Source: Candidatus Saccharimonadota bacterium
Lineage (GTDB): Bacteria; Patescibacteriota; Saccharimonadia; Saccharimonadales; OFTM59
Length of the DNA: 64,000 bases
Assembly: GCA_029260855.1 (NCBI GenBank)
Contig: JAJDCK010000004.1
Coordinates: 18,312 to 82,311, forward strand
Direction: 5' to 3'
Positions 30,173 through 39,354 of the stretch are shown piece by piece (position 1 is the first letter of the stretch; each line of letters begins with the position of its first letter). The notes under the pieces are model-generated. The model worked only from the letters and a program-made list of their open reading frames with translations. It made no database searches and was not told where the DNA came from. The translations under genes and the position numbers were made by a program.

Positions 30173-30618
30173 GTCCAGAGAAACAGATTGCAATAGTAGC
30201 AGCCACAATACTACTGTTAACCACTCTAGCGATATTAATAAGAGCTCTGCCCAAGCGTCTCAAGCATGACAGGTTTATCAATAAGTGGCGCTTATTACAA
30301 AATCTGTGCCGAGACAAAGCGACATGGAATGAGGCGGTTCTACTTGGCGATAAACTACTTGACGAAGCCCTTAAAAAGCGCAAGTTTAAGGGCAAAACAA
30401 TGGGCGAGCGCCTAGTTTCGGCAGGCGCGAAATTTATAAACAACGATGCGGTTTGGTATTCTCACAATCTTGTAAAAAAACTAAACATAAACCCAAATGC
30501 AAAGCTGAATGAAAATGAGGTAAAGCAAGCGCTGATCGGCTTTAGACAGGCCTTGCGCGACGTAGGTGCGCTGCCATCACCAAAAGAAGAAAAAAGTGAC
30601 AAAGAGGGTTTGGCGTGA
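30169..30618 (+). CDS. Hypothetical TM-anchored helical protein inside gatCAB
   Basis: Overlaps gatA stop and gatB start; DKLLDEAL..GKTMGERL. Confidence 0.75.
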   Translation: MSPEKQIAIVAATILLLTTLAILIRALPKRLKHDRFINKWRLLQNLCRDKATWNEAVLLGDKLLDEALKKRKFKGKTMGERLVSAGAKFINNDAVWYSHNLVKKLNINPNAKLNENEVKQALIGFRQALRDVGALPSPKEEKSDKEGLA

Positions 30619-32084
30619 TTAGCGATGCTGCACGCAAAACCTACATCCCGACCATCGGGATAGAATGCCATGTGCAGCTTAAAACAAGGACAAAGCTTTT
30701 TGCTGCAGTCGGGAATGACGCACGCGATGCTGCACCAAACACCCTTATAAGCCATATATGTTTAGGTATGCCAGGCGCTCTGCCTGTACTTAACAAGAAA
30801 GCAGTTGAATACGCGATACGTGTTGCGTTTGGCTTTAACACGACCCCTCAAAAGTACAGCTATTTTGAACGAAAACATTACTTTTATCCTGATTTGCCGA
30901 AGGGCTATCAGATAAGCCAACTTAGCAAGCCCATTATTGTTGGAGGGACGGTTAGCTTTGAGTTGGGCGGTGGTATACAAAAGACGATTCGTATCAATCG
31001 CGTTCAGCTAGAGGAGGACGCCGGCAAAAACACTCATCCAGCAGGCGAAGATTATAGCCTGGTTGACCTTAACCGTGCGGGTACACCATTGCTTGAGGTG
31101 GTTTCTGAACCTGACATACATTCAGCGTCGGAGGCCAAAGCCTATGCTCACGAGTTATGGTTGCTCATGCGGTACGCAGATGTATCAGACGCAGATATGT
31201 ACCACGGCAATATGAGATTTGACGTTAACGTAAGCGTTAGTAAGGATCCTAATGAACTCGGGCTGCGGACTGAAACTAAAAATATAAACAGCTTTAGGGC
31301 TGTTGAGAAGGCCGCCGAATACGAGATTAACCGTCAGATTGAGCTAATTGAAAAAGGTCAAAGAATAGTCCAGGAGACACGTGGCTGGGATGACGCTAAG
31401 CAAAAAACATTCTCGCAGCGTAGCAAAGAAGAGGCTCACGACTACCGTTATATGCCGGATCCGGACATACCGCCGATTATACTTGATAATGATCTAGTAC
31501 AGACCGTGCGCAAATCTATGCCCGTACTCCCCATTGAGTGGCGGCAGCGTCTAGCTAGCCTTGACCTGGACGCTCTAGTTATAGAAACATTGATTGATGC
31601 CCAGGCCGAGGTGCCCGAAGCAAATTACCTGCCCTTTATAGAGACTAGTCTTGTAGACGCGCCGTTTGCTAAGTTTGTTGTTAACCATATCGTCAACACT
31701 ATTGACCCTATGCGCAGAGAAAACGGCCAAGTTGCCAACACATGGGATACTTACTTAAAAGAAATATATAATTTGCAGCAAAACGGTAAATTAAGCTCGA
31801 CTAATACAAAAGCACTGATAGTGACTTTACTTAGTTCTGGTGCTCAGCCCCAGGAGCTTGAAAAATACGCCGAAGAACAAGGGTTCATACAGGTTTCTGA
31901 TGAAAAAGAAATTGCCCGAATAGTAGCCGAAGTGATAAGCACAAACCCCAGAGCCGCCGAAGATGTAAAAAACGGTGAAATGAAGGCGATCGGATTTTTA
32001 GTTGGACAGGTCATGAAACTCTCAATGGGCAAGGCTAATCCCGGCCTAGCCCAAGAACAAATCAAAAAGCATCTTAATAGTTAA
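30615..32084 (+). CDS. gatB: Asp/Glu-tRNA amidotransferase subunit B
   Basis: GIECHVQL, YPDLPKGYQISQ, DYRYMPDPD. Confidence 0.97.
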   Translation: MISDAARKTYIPTIGIECHVQLKTRTKLFAAVGNDARDAAPNTLISHICLGMPGALPVLNKKAVEYAIRVAFGFNTTPQKYSYFERKHYFYPDLPKGYQISQLSKPIIVGGTVSFELGGGIQKTIRINRVQLEEDAGKNTHPAGEDYSLVDLNRAGTPLLEVVSEPDIHSASEAKAYAHELWLLMRYADVSDADMYHGNMRFDVNVSVSKDPNELGLRTETKNINSFRAVEKAAEYEINRQIELIEKGQRIVQETRGWDDAKQKTFSQRSKEEAHDYRYMPDPDIPPIILDNDLVQTVRKSMPVLPIEWRQRLASLDLDALVIETLIDAQAEVPEANYLPFIETSLVDAPFAKFVVNHIVNTIDPMRRENGQVANTWDTYLKEIYNLQQNGKLSSTNTKALIVTLLSSGAQPQELEKYAEEQGFIQVSDEKEIARIVAEVISTNPRAAEDVKNGEMKAIGFLVGQVMKLSMGKANPGLAQEQIKKHLNS

Positions 32085-32115
32085 TTATTCTGCAAACTAC
32101 TTGTAAAATGTAGCT

Positions 32116-33006
32116 ATGCACAAATCAAAAGTTCGAAAGGCTGTAATTGCGGCGGCAGGGTTTGGAACACGGTTTTTACCACAGACTAAGGCGATGCCTA
32201 AAGAGATGCTGCCGTTGGTAGATAAGCCGATAATTCAATACATTGTTGAAGAGCTGGTTGCTGCCGGCATAGAAGATATTGTGATTGTAACCGGCTACCA
32301 TAAGCGAGCTATTGAAGACCACTTTGACTATATTAGCGGCGATTTAAGAACTAATCTGCAAGAGAGTGGTAAAGAGGACCTACTTGCCTCGACTAATAAA
32401 ATCTCAGATCTAGCCAACTTTGCATATGTGCGGCAGAAAGGTCCATACGGTAATGCCACCCCGCTTCTGAATGTTGAGCACTTGATAGGTGACGAGCCCT
32501 TTATATACACTTACGCAGACGACATCTTTGTAGCAGAACCTTCGCGATTTAGTGTAATGATTGACGCATATCAAAAGCTAAACACCTGCATTCTGCCGTG
32601 CATTCGTACCACAAAAAAAGAGGACTATTCACGGTACGGGTTTATAACGGGTCAAGAGACTAAGGGTGGCGTTGTGCGCATGACGAATATCATAGAGAAG
32701 CCTGGAATAGGAAACGTTGAGTCGGACATAGCTAGTGCAGGAGGATATCTACTAACACCGGATATTTATCGTTATCTACACAAGTCACTTGACGAACTGC
32801 CACCGGGCAAGGAATTTCAGATTCAACCAGCCATGATTGATATGATAAAAGACGGTAAGGCATTATACGCGACAGAAATACCGAACGGGCGTTATTACGA
32901 TGCCGGCAATAAGCTTGAGTACCTAAAAACAGTCATAGATTTTGCTCTGAAGCATGAAGAGCTTAAGGACGACATATTAAGCTATATACGAAAGGTAATT
33001 GGCTGA
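32116..33006 (+). CDS. galU: UTP--glucose-1-phosphate uridylyltransferase
   Basis: AAGFGTRFLPQTKAMPKEML, IEKP. Confidence 0.93.
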   Translation: MHKSKVRKAVIAAAGFGTRFLPQTKAMPKEMLPLVDKPIIQYIVEELVAAGIEDIVIVTGYHKRAIEDHFDYISGDLRTNLQESGKEDLLASTNKISDLANFAYVRQKGPYGNATPLLNVEHLIGDEPFIYTYADDIFVAEPSRFSVMIDAYQKLNTCILPCIRTTKKEDYSRYGFITGQETKGGVVRMTNIIEKPGIGNVESDIASAGGYLLTPDIYRYLHKSLDELPPGKEFQIQPAMIDMIKDGKALYATEIPNGRYYDAGNKLEYLKTVIDFALKHEELKDDILSYIRKVIG

Positions 33007-33069
33007 TCTGAGAGCTGATCTGCAATGTAGCCTAGCTCAACTTCTTGTCTAATGTTGTATACTTAGTCT

Positions 33070-33342
33070 GTGATCGATGATGCGGAGAGAACACTAGTCG
33101 TTATATTGGCAGCAGCCTTAGCTTTGCTGCTGGCTTTATCTATACTGGCTGTCGTTAAGTTTATGCAGCTTCTTAATACTCTAAGAAGTGTTGCTGAAAA
33201 AGCTGAATATGTTGCTGAAGCTGCCGAGACACTGACCAATAGCCTGCCGAAGGCATTTGGTTCGCTGGCTATAGGGCGAATATTTGCTAAAGCATTTAAT
33301 GCTATGATGAATAAATCGTTTACCGGAAAGAAGGGCAAATAA
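33070..33342 (+). CDS. Small membrane protein (DUF948/YtxG-like)
   Basis: TM helix plus amphipathic helix, directly upstream of a YtxH-like gene. Confidence 0.6.
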   Translation: MIDDAERTLVVILAAALALLLALSILAVVKFMQLLNTLRSVAEKAEYVAEAAETLTNSLPKAFGSLAIGRIFAKAFNAMMNKSFTGKKGK

Positions 33343-33782
33343 TGGCAAAACAAAGGACGGGCAAATTAGCTATTGGGGCTGTAGTTGCGGCTGGGATTGG
33401 CTATGCTGCCGGAATCTTGACTGCTCCAAAAAGTGGCAAAACAGCAAGACGCAACATACAAAAAGCGACAGTAAAAGCCAAGAACGAAGCCGAGGCTAAG
33501 CTGAAGCATCTTCACAGCGACTTATCCGACGTAATAGCGCAGAGCAAACGCCAGGCCAAGGCTGCAACTATCAAGACAAAAGTCGGTCTAGACGACGCTT
33601 TAAAAACAGCACAGACAGCAAAAGACAAAGCGCGCCAGTTGTTAAGTGCGGTCCACGAAGGCGAAGCCGATGACAAAGATTTACAAAAGGCCATTGATGA
33701 GGTTAAGAAGGCTACGTTGCACCTGAAGTCATTTGTAAAAAAAGATGATACAAACAATGCCAAAAGTAAGTCCAAAAAATAA
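33342..33782 (+). CDS. YtxH-domain protein
   Basis: GYAAGILTAPKSGK motif followed by Lys/Ala-rich helix. Confidence 0.88.
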   Translation: MAKQRTGKLAIGAVVAAGIGYAAGILTAPKSGKTARRNIQKATVKAKNEAEAKLKHLHSDLSDVIAQSKRQAKAATIKTKVGLDDALKTAQTAKDKARQLLSAVHEGEADDKDLQKAIDEVKKATLHLKSFVKKDDTNNAKSKSKK

Positions 33783-34011
33783 CACCATTCACTACGAACA
33801 ACTCGGTCGTTTAATATCCGATGTTTACGAGACAGGCTATGCTAGCAGGGGTCGGATCTATCGCATGAGCTTTGTAAAAGGTCTGTTGGCGGGTTTTGGA
33901 GGTGTTGTTGGTGCTACTATTGTTGTGGGCTTGGTGGTTTGGCTTTTGTCGCTGCTTGATGCCGTGCCTTTTGTTAACGATCTTCGGGATGCGATTGAGC
34001 GAGGCAGATGA
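33757..34011 (+). CDS. Small membrane protein (DUF5665-like)
   Basis: SFVKGLLAGFGGVVGAT; start 33745 or 33757. Confidence 0.7.
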   Translation: MPKVSPKNNTIHYEQLGRLISDVYETGYASRGRIYRMSFVKGLLAGFGGVVGATIVVGLVVWLLSLLDAVPFVNDLRDAIERGR

Positions 34012-34079
34012 GCTGTTGTAATAATAAACGTCGCAACCACGGACGTGTTCTTATAAAATAAAGACCAAAGAGGGTAAAT

Positions 34080-37000
34080 ATGGCATTAAACTCTAGGGAC
34101 TATGTACATCTGCACAACCATACCCAGTACAGCTTGTTGGACGGTCTGACTAAGATCCCTGCGCTTATTGATCGTGTCCTAGAGCTCGGTATGAAATCAG
34201 TTGCAATAACAGATCACGGTACGTTGTCCGGTGTGGTGGAGTTTTATAAAGAAGCAAAGGCTAAGGGCGTAAAACCGATTATCGGGCTAGAGACATATGT
34301 TGCGCCGCGGCGACATACTGACAGAGATTCGAGCAAAGATAAAAATTACTACCACCTGATCTTGCTTGCTATGAATGAAACTGGCTATCAAAACCTAATG
34401 CGGTTGAGTACTATAGCTAATTTACAAGGGTTCTATTATCGTCCACGCGTTGATCGTGAACTGCTTGAAAAGTATAACGAAGGGCTTATTGTTTTATCTG
34501 GCTGTATTGGTGGCGAGGTCGGAGATATGCTTCGCCAGGGGCAATTTGAGAAAGCCGGACAGGTAGCAGAATGGTACAAGAAAATATTTGGCGACAGGTA
34601 TTATCTGGAGATCCAGGACCATGGTCACGCAGACCATCCTAGTAAATGGTCAGACCAGGTTGAGGTTACAAAAAACACGTTTAAGCTGAGCGAGCAGCTT
34701 GATATACCGTGTGTAGTTACGTGTGACGCACATTACCTGAATCATAAAGACCAGCAAGCCCATGAAATATTGCTATGCGTACAAACGGGGTCTTTCTTGA
34801 GTGACGAAAATCGCATGTCACTTAAAGACTTTGAGCTATACGTCACCGAACCAAGTGACCTAATAAAAAGGTGGGGCAAAAAACATCCCGATCTTATATT
34901 GAATACTTCGAAAATTGCCGATAGATGTAACGTAGAATTAAAACTCGGCAAATACCTTATTCCTAAATTTCCAGTTCCCCCAAAAGAGACCGAAAAAAGC
35001 TATTTGGATAGACTGACATTTGAGGGATTGGTTCAGAGATTTGCCGATACAATGCCAAAAGCGACCGATAGTATAGCCCAGTTAAAAAAACTACTACCGA
35101 ATAATGTGATAGAAAGAGCGAACTACGAGCTAAGTATTATTAACGGTATGGGCTTTAGTGGCTATTTTCTTATAGTTCAAGATTTTATTAACTGGGGCAA
35201 GGATCAAGGCATCGTGTTCGGCCCGGGACGTGGCAGCGGAGCGGGCTCAATCGTTGCCTATGCACTTAGGATTACTGAGCTGGATCCGCTTACGTATGAC
35301 CTGCTGTTTGAGCGTTTTTTGAACCCTGACCGTATTAGTATGCCTGACTTTGATATTGATATACAAGATTCGCGTCGGGATGAGGTAATTAACTATTGTG
35401 TACAAAAATACGGCGAAGGTAGAGTCGCTAATATCGTCACGTTTGGCCGCATGGCGGCCCGCAATGCAGTGCGTGATGTAGCGCGCGTCTTAAGAGTACC
35501 GTATTCTGAAGCCGACCGACTAGCCAAGATGATACCGCCCCCAGTCCAGGGCCGGCATATATTGCTAGAGAAATCCTTAAAGGACAACCCCGAGCTTAAA
35601 CACGAATACGAAACCAATGAGCAGGCAAAAGAGGTCTTTGATCTTGCAGTCCAATTGGAGGGTACGATTCGTAGCCATGGAGTACACGCTGCAGGAGTTG
35701 TTATTGCGCCCGACGACATTGTAAAGTTTGTCCCCTTGGAGCTGGCGCAAAAGGGCGTAGTAGCCACACAATACCCCATGGGTCCTATAGAGGATCTGGG
35801 TTTGCTTAAAATGGACTTTTTGGGCTTATCAAACTTAACAACAATCAAGAATGCGCTTAGAATTATCAAGAAAGTTCACAACGAAGACATAACTATTACA
35901 GAGATCCCGCTGGATGACAAGAAAACTTACAAACTTTTAGCTAGCGGCAACACGACCGGTGTTTTTCAGTTGGAGTCAGCTGGTATGAAGCGTTATTTGA
36001 AGGACCTCCAGCCGTCGGTTTTTGAGGATATTATTTCTATGGTTGCACTGTATCGTCCAGGACCGATGCAGTGGATTGATGATTTTATTGATCGTAAGCA
36101 CGGACGTAAGCCGATTACTTATTTGCACCCAGCTATGGAGCCGGCCTTGAAGTCTACATATGGCGTTATTGTGACCCAAGAACAGGTGATGCAGATTTCA
36201 AAGGACATGTGTGGTTTTACGGGGGGTCAAGCTGATACTTTGCGTAAAGGTATAGGTAAGAAAATCCCCGCTGTGTTAGCTAAGATGAAGAAAGAGTTCA
36301 TTGAAGGGGCGATAAAAACCGTAGGTGCTGACAGGCCTCTTATGGAAAAGTTTTGGAAACAGCTTGAGGAGTTTGCTGCCTATTGTTTCAATAAGGCTCA
36401 TTCGGCGTGCTACGCCATGATCGCATACTGGACAGCTTACCTGAAGGCAAATTACCCGGCGGCTTTTATGGCGGCACTTATGACCAGTGACTATGATGAT
36501 ACCGATCGACTTGCAATAGAAATCACTGAGTGTAAACACATGGGCATCGGTGTCCTTGCCCCTGACATTAACGAGTCGTTTATGGAATTCGCAGTTGTTC
36601 CGGAGATGAATCAAATCAGGTTTGGCATGCTTGCTGTAAAAAATGTTGGTACTGGAGCTGTTGAAGAAATTCTGAGAGCTCGAAAAGCTGGTGTTTTTGT
36701 AAGTTTGGAAGATTTTTTCACAAGAGTAAATGTTCGTGTTGTAAACCGTAAGACCCTTGAAAGCCTTATAAAATCTGGTGCATTTGATCGTTTCGGTGAA
36801 CGAGGAACACTACTGCACAATATTGACCTACTTCTAGCCTATGCAGCGCGAATTCAGAAACAATCTGCCAGTGGGCAGACCGATTTATTCGGCAACCTAG
36901 TTGAAGACAATCAGGTTCAGTCCCAGATAACTCTAGAAAAAGTCGCTAACCCGGCATCCCATCAGTTGTTGGTTTGGGAAAGGGAGCTACTTGGGCTTTA

Positions 37001-37682
37001 TCTTTCCCGTCACCCACTAGAAGACTATCAGCTCATTCTTAGCGAACTGTCGTTGCCCATAAGTAGTGTTACGGCCGAACACGACGGGAAAGTTGTCAAA
37101 GTAGGCGGCGCAATTGAAGAGGTACGTGAAATAACAACCAAAAATGGACAAAAAATGGCTTTTGTTAAGATTACCGATCAATCTAATCAGATTGAGCTTG
37201 TGCTGTTCCCTAGTGTGTATCAGCAAACCCTTGGTATATGGGTGCGTGATAGAGTGGTTTTGGCTAAAGGTAAGGTTAGCTCTAAGGATAGGCAAGGTAA
37301 CGATAGTGGTGAGATCAAGATACTAGCTGAAGAGGCTAGAGAAATTACAGCCGAGCAAGCGGAAGCTTATCAATCAACAGGCAAAAAAGTTAAGGGGCCA
37401 AAATCAAACCCTAAAGTAACGAATAAGAAAGTCGTTGCTGCTGCAGTCGAGGCGCCGATACCGAGGCTATATCTACGTCTTGAAAACAGCGAGGACTCTC
37501 AGCTACTGACGAGTCTTAAGTCTACGATTGACTTATATCATGGTAATACCGAAGTCGTCTTGGTGGTTGGCAGTACACAGCGTAAACAAGCAATAAAGCT
37601 GCCAATGAAGATCGAGCCCAACGAAGAAAGCCTGCTAAAACTAGGCGAAGTTCTAGGCAGAGAAAACATAAAACTACACTAA
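34080..37682 (+). CDS. dnaE: DNA polymerase III alpha subunit
   Basis: PHP domain HLHNH, GRGSGAGS, PDFDID, KMDFLGL, OB fold. Confidence 0.98.
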   Translation: MALNSRDYVHLHNHTQYSLLDGLTKIPALIDRVLELGMKSVAITDHGTLSGVVEFYKEAKAKGVKPIIGLETYVAPRRHTDRDSSKDKNYYHLILLAMNETGYQNLMRLSTIANLQGFYYRPRVDRELLEKYNEGLIVLSGCIGGEVGDMLRQGQFEKAGQVAEWYKKIFGDRYYLEIQDHGHADHPSKWSDQVEVTKNTFKLSEQLDIPCVVTCDAHYLNHKDQQAHEILLCVQTGSFLSDENRMSLKDFELYVTEPSDLIKRWGKKHPDLILNTSKIADRCNVELKLGKYLIPKFPVPPKETEKSYLDRLTFEGLVQRFADTMPKATDSIAQLKKLLPNNVIERANYELSIINGMGFSGYFLIVQDFINWGKDQGIVFGPGRGSGAGSIVAYALRITELDPLTYDLLFERFLNPDRISMPDFDIDIQDSRRDEVINYCVQKYGEGRVANIVTFGRMAARNAVRDVARVLRVPYSEADRLAKMIPPPVQGRHILLEKSLKDNPELKHEYETNEQAKEVFDLAVQLEGTIRSHGVHAAGVVIAPDDIVKFVPLELAQKGVVATQYPMGPIEDLGLLKMDFLGLSNLTTIKNALRIIKKVHNEDITITEIPLDDKKTYKLLASGNTTGVFQLESAGMKRYLKDLQPSVFEDIISMVALYRPGPMQWIDDFIDRKHGRKPITYLHPAMEPALKSTYGVIVTQEQVMQISKDMCGFTGGQADTLRKGIGKKIPAVLAKMKKEFIEGAIKTVGADRPLMEKFWKQLEEFAAYCFNKAHSACYAMIAYWTAYLKANYPAAFMAALMTSDYDDTDRLAIEITECKHMGIGVLAPDINESFMEFAVVPEMNQIRFGMLAVKNVGTGAVEEILRARKAGVFVSLEDFFTRVNVRVVNRKTLESLIKSGAFDRFGERGTLLHNIDLLLAYAARIQKQSASGQTDLFGNLVEDNQVQSQITLEKVANPASHQLLVWERELLGLYLSRHPLEDYQLILSELSLPISSVTAEHDGKVVKVGGAIEEVREITTKNGQKMAFVKITDQSNQIELVLFPSVYQQTLGIWVRDRVVLAKGKVSSKDRQGNDSGEIKILAEEAREITAEQAEAYQSTGKKVKGPKSNPKVTNKKVVAAAVEAPIPRLYLRLENSEDSQLLTSLKSTIDLYHGNTEVVLVVGSTQRKQAIKLPMKIEPNEESLLKLGEVLGRENIKLH

Positions 37683-38740
37683 AGTATAACGCCTATGTTT
37701 TGGGCTAATGTAATAGTTAGAATCAAAAAGCTGACTAAGGTTACGTCCAACACTGGGTGGTGAAACACAAACTTTTCGCCTCCCTTGAGCAGCTTGCTGC
37801 CAGACCGGAAAACCTTATGCAAGCGCACACCGTGACTTATGAATAGAGCGGTTACCGCTATACCGCTCATAATACCTACTGCAAAGAGCGCCCAAGGAGC
37901 CCTACCCTTTGTTAAAGCCTCTATGCGAGTTACTGGTTGCTCGCTTGCAGATTGTGCCAAGATTGTAGGCGCCACCTCTGCTGTAGTGGCTTGAGGGTTG
38001 TCTGCTAGATTTACGCTTGGCTTACTTTCTGTTGCCGTCGGAGGGGCAGCTACGGGATCTGCAGTCAATGCTTTTGGCGAAGATGTAGGCGTACTTGCTT
38101 GTGAAGCTGGCGGTGGTGTAGCGGTCGCTGGAGTAGATGCAGGCGATGACGCACCAAGCGTTTGAGGGTGGCCATACATAGCAACAACAACTGTTTGATT
38201 ACCCTGGTCTTGATAATCAAGCACGTTCGTATACCCAAAACCAACTTCGGTAAATTCGTCGTCCAGCATATTTGTCCGATGCGACATACTATTCATCCAG
38301 CCAGATATGGTTTGAGAACTTGTAGCAAATCCATAAGCTAAGTTTTCGCCTGCCTTGGTGTATCTATAGCCAGCTTGGTCAAAGAAAGTCCACGGTTCCT
38401 GGCCGTCAGGAGTATTGTGTGACCAATAATTACGATTAGCCATATCATTTGCCTTTGCCTGTGCTGCCGAGGTAAGTTTAGAATTCAATATTAGATTTGA
38501 TTTGCTGTTTGTGCTTCGCTGTTCATTAGTGTTCGAGAGTAAGGTTGCTGAGCTAATCTCCGTCGCATATGCCAAAACGTTTTTTTGGATTATCGGTATG
38601 CGTATGTTGCTAAGGACCAGGCTCGTTACAAGAAATATTACTGCCGGAAGATATGGTAGGTAAACATTGTGGTAGCGTTTAGTGCGGTTGTGATGGTGGC
38701 CGACGCGTTTTTTTTGTGTTACGTGTTTGGTAGATTTCAT
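37679..38740 (-). CDS. Membrane-anchored CAP/SCP-domain protein
   Basis: AQAKANDM, YWSH, GENLA, WMNSMSHR, Pro/Thr/Ala linker, C-terminal TMs. Confidence 0.9.
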   Translation of the reverse strand: MKSTKHVTQKKRVGHHHNRTKRYHNVYLPYLPAVIFLVTSLVLSNIRIPIIQKNVLAYATEISSATLLSNTNEQRSTNSKSNLILNSKLTSAAQAKANDMANRNYWSHNTPDGQEPWTFFDQAGYRYTKAGENLAYGFATSSQTISGWMNSMSHRTNMLDDEFTEVGFGYTNVLDYQDQGNQTVVVAMYGHPQTLGASSPASTPATATPPPASQASTPTSSPKALTADPVAAPPTATESKPSVNLADNPQATTAEVAPTILAQSASEQPVTRIEALTKGRAPWALFAVGIMSGIAVTALFISHGVRLHKVFRSGSKLLKGGEKFVFHHPVLDVTLVSFLILTITLAQNIGVIL

Positions 38741-38762
38741 TCTTGGTTGGATTATATCATTA

Positions 38763-39260
38763 TTATATCTTGTGTTTCAGACTATACAAAGCCATTGCTG
38801 CTGCCTGTGCTACGTTGAAAGACTCCTTTGCGCCTTGCATCGGTATTTCTAATATTGTATCAGCACTATCAAGTATGCTTGAGTCAATGCCGACAACCTC
38901 ATTGCCGACTATAAGTCCTACACTGCCTCCTGGTTTATAATCTTGCAAGTTCACCGCGTTATTGGCTTGCTCGAGCGCGCATATACTAAAACCTTCGGTT
39001 TTTAGTTTCCGGGTTACTACATTAATATCCGAACAATACTGCCATTCAGTAGTAGCTTCTGCTCCAAGTGCGGTCTTGTGAATTTGCCTTGCAGCCTTAG
39101 CAGCCTCATGTGGCATGCGTGCGTCATTTGGGCAGGGCGGATGAGCTGTGTAGCCAGTCAGGTAAATCTTGCTGATGCCCAAACCGTCGGCGGTTCTCAG
39201 CAAGGAGCCAACGTTATGGGCGCTGCGTAGGTTATGAACAATCAATACAAGTTTATTCAT
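38763..39260 (-). CDS. TrmH/SpoU-family RNA methyltransferase
   Basis: NVGSLLRTAD, GNEVVG, IPMQG.KESFNVA. Confidence 0.92.
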   Translation of the reverse strand: MNKLVLIVHNLRSAHNVGSLLRTADGLGISKIYLTGYTAHPPCPNDARMPHEAAKAARQIHKTALGAEATTEWQYCSDINVVTRKLKTEGFSICALEQANNAVNLQDYKPGGSVGLIVGNEVVGIDSSILDSADTILEIPMQGAKESFNVAQAAAMALYSLKHKI

Positions 39261-39354
39261 ATAGAAAAGTTTAGTAAATATACTGATGAAAATTATAGGA
39301 CATAGTTACTTATAAAGCTTACCTTTATTATCGCTAGCGGTTATAATGAGCTCC

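Noticed and set aside
33002..33022. GCTGATCTG direct repeat at the end of galU
   Set aside because: Two 9-bp copies with nothing between them; compatible with chance or slippage
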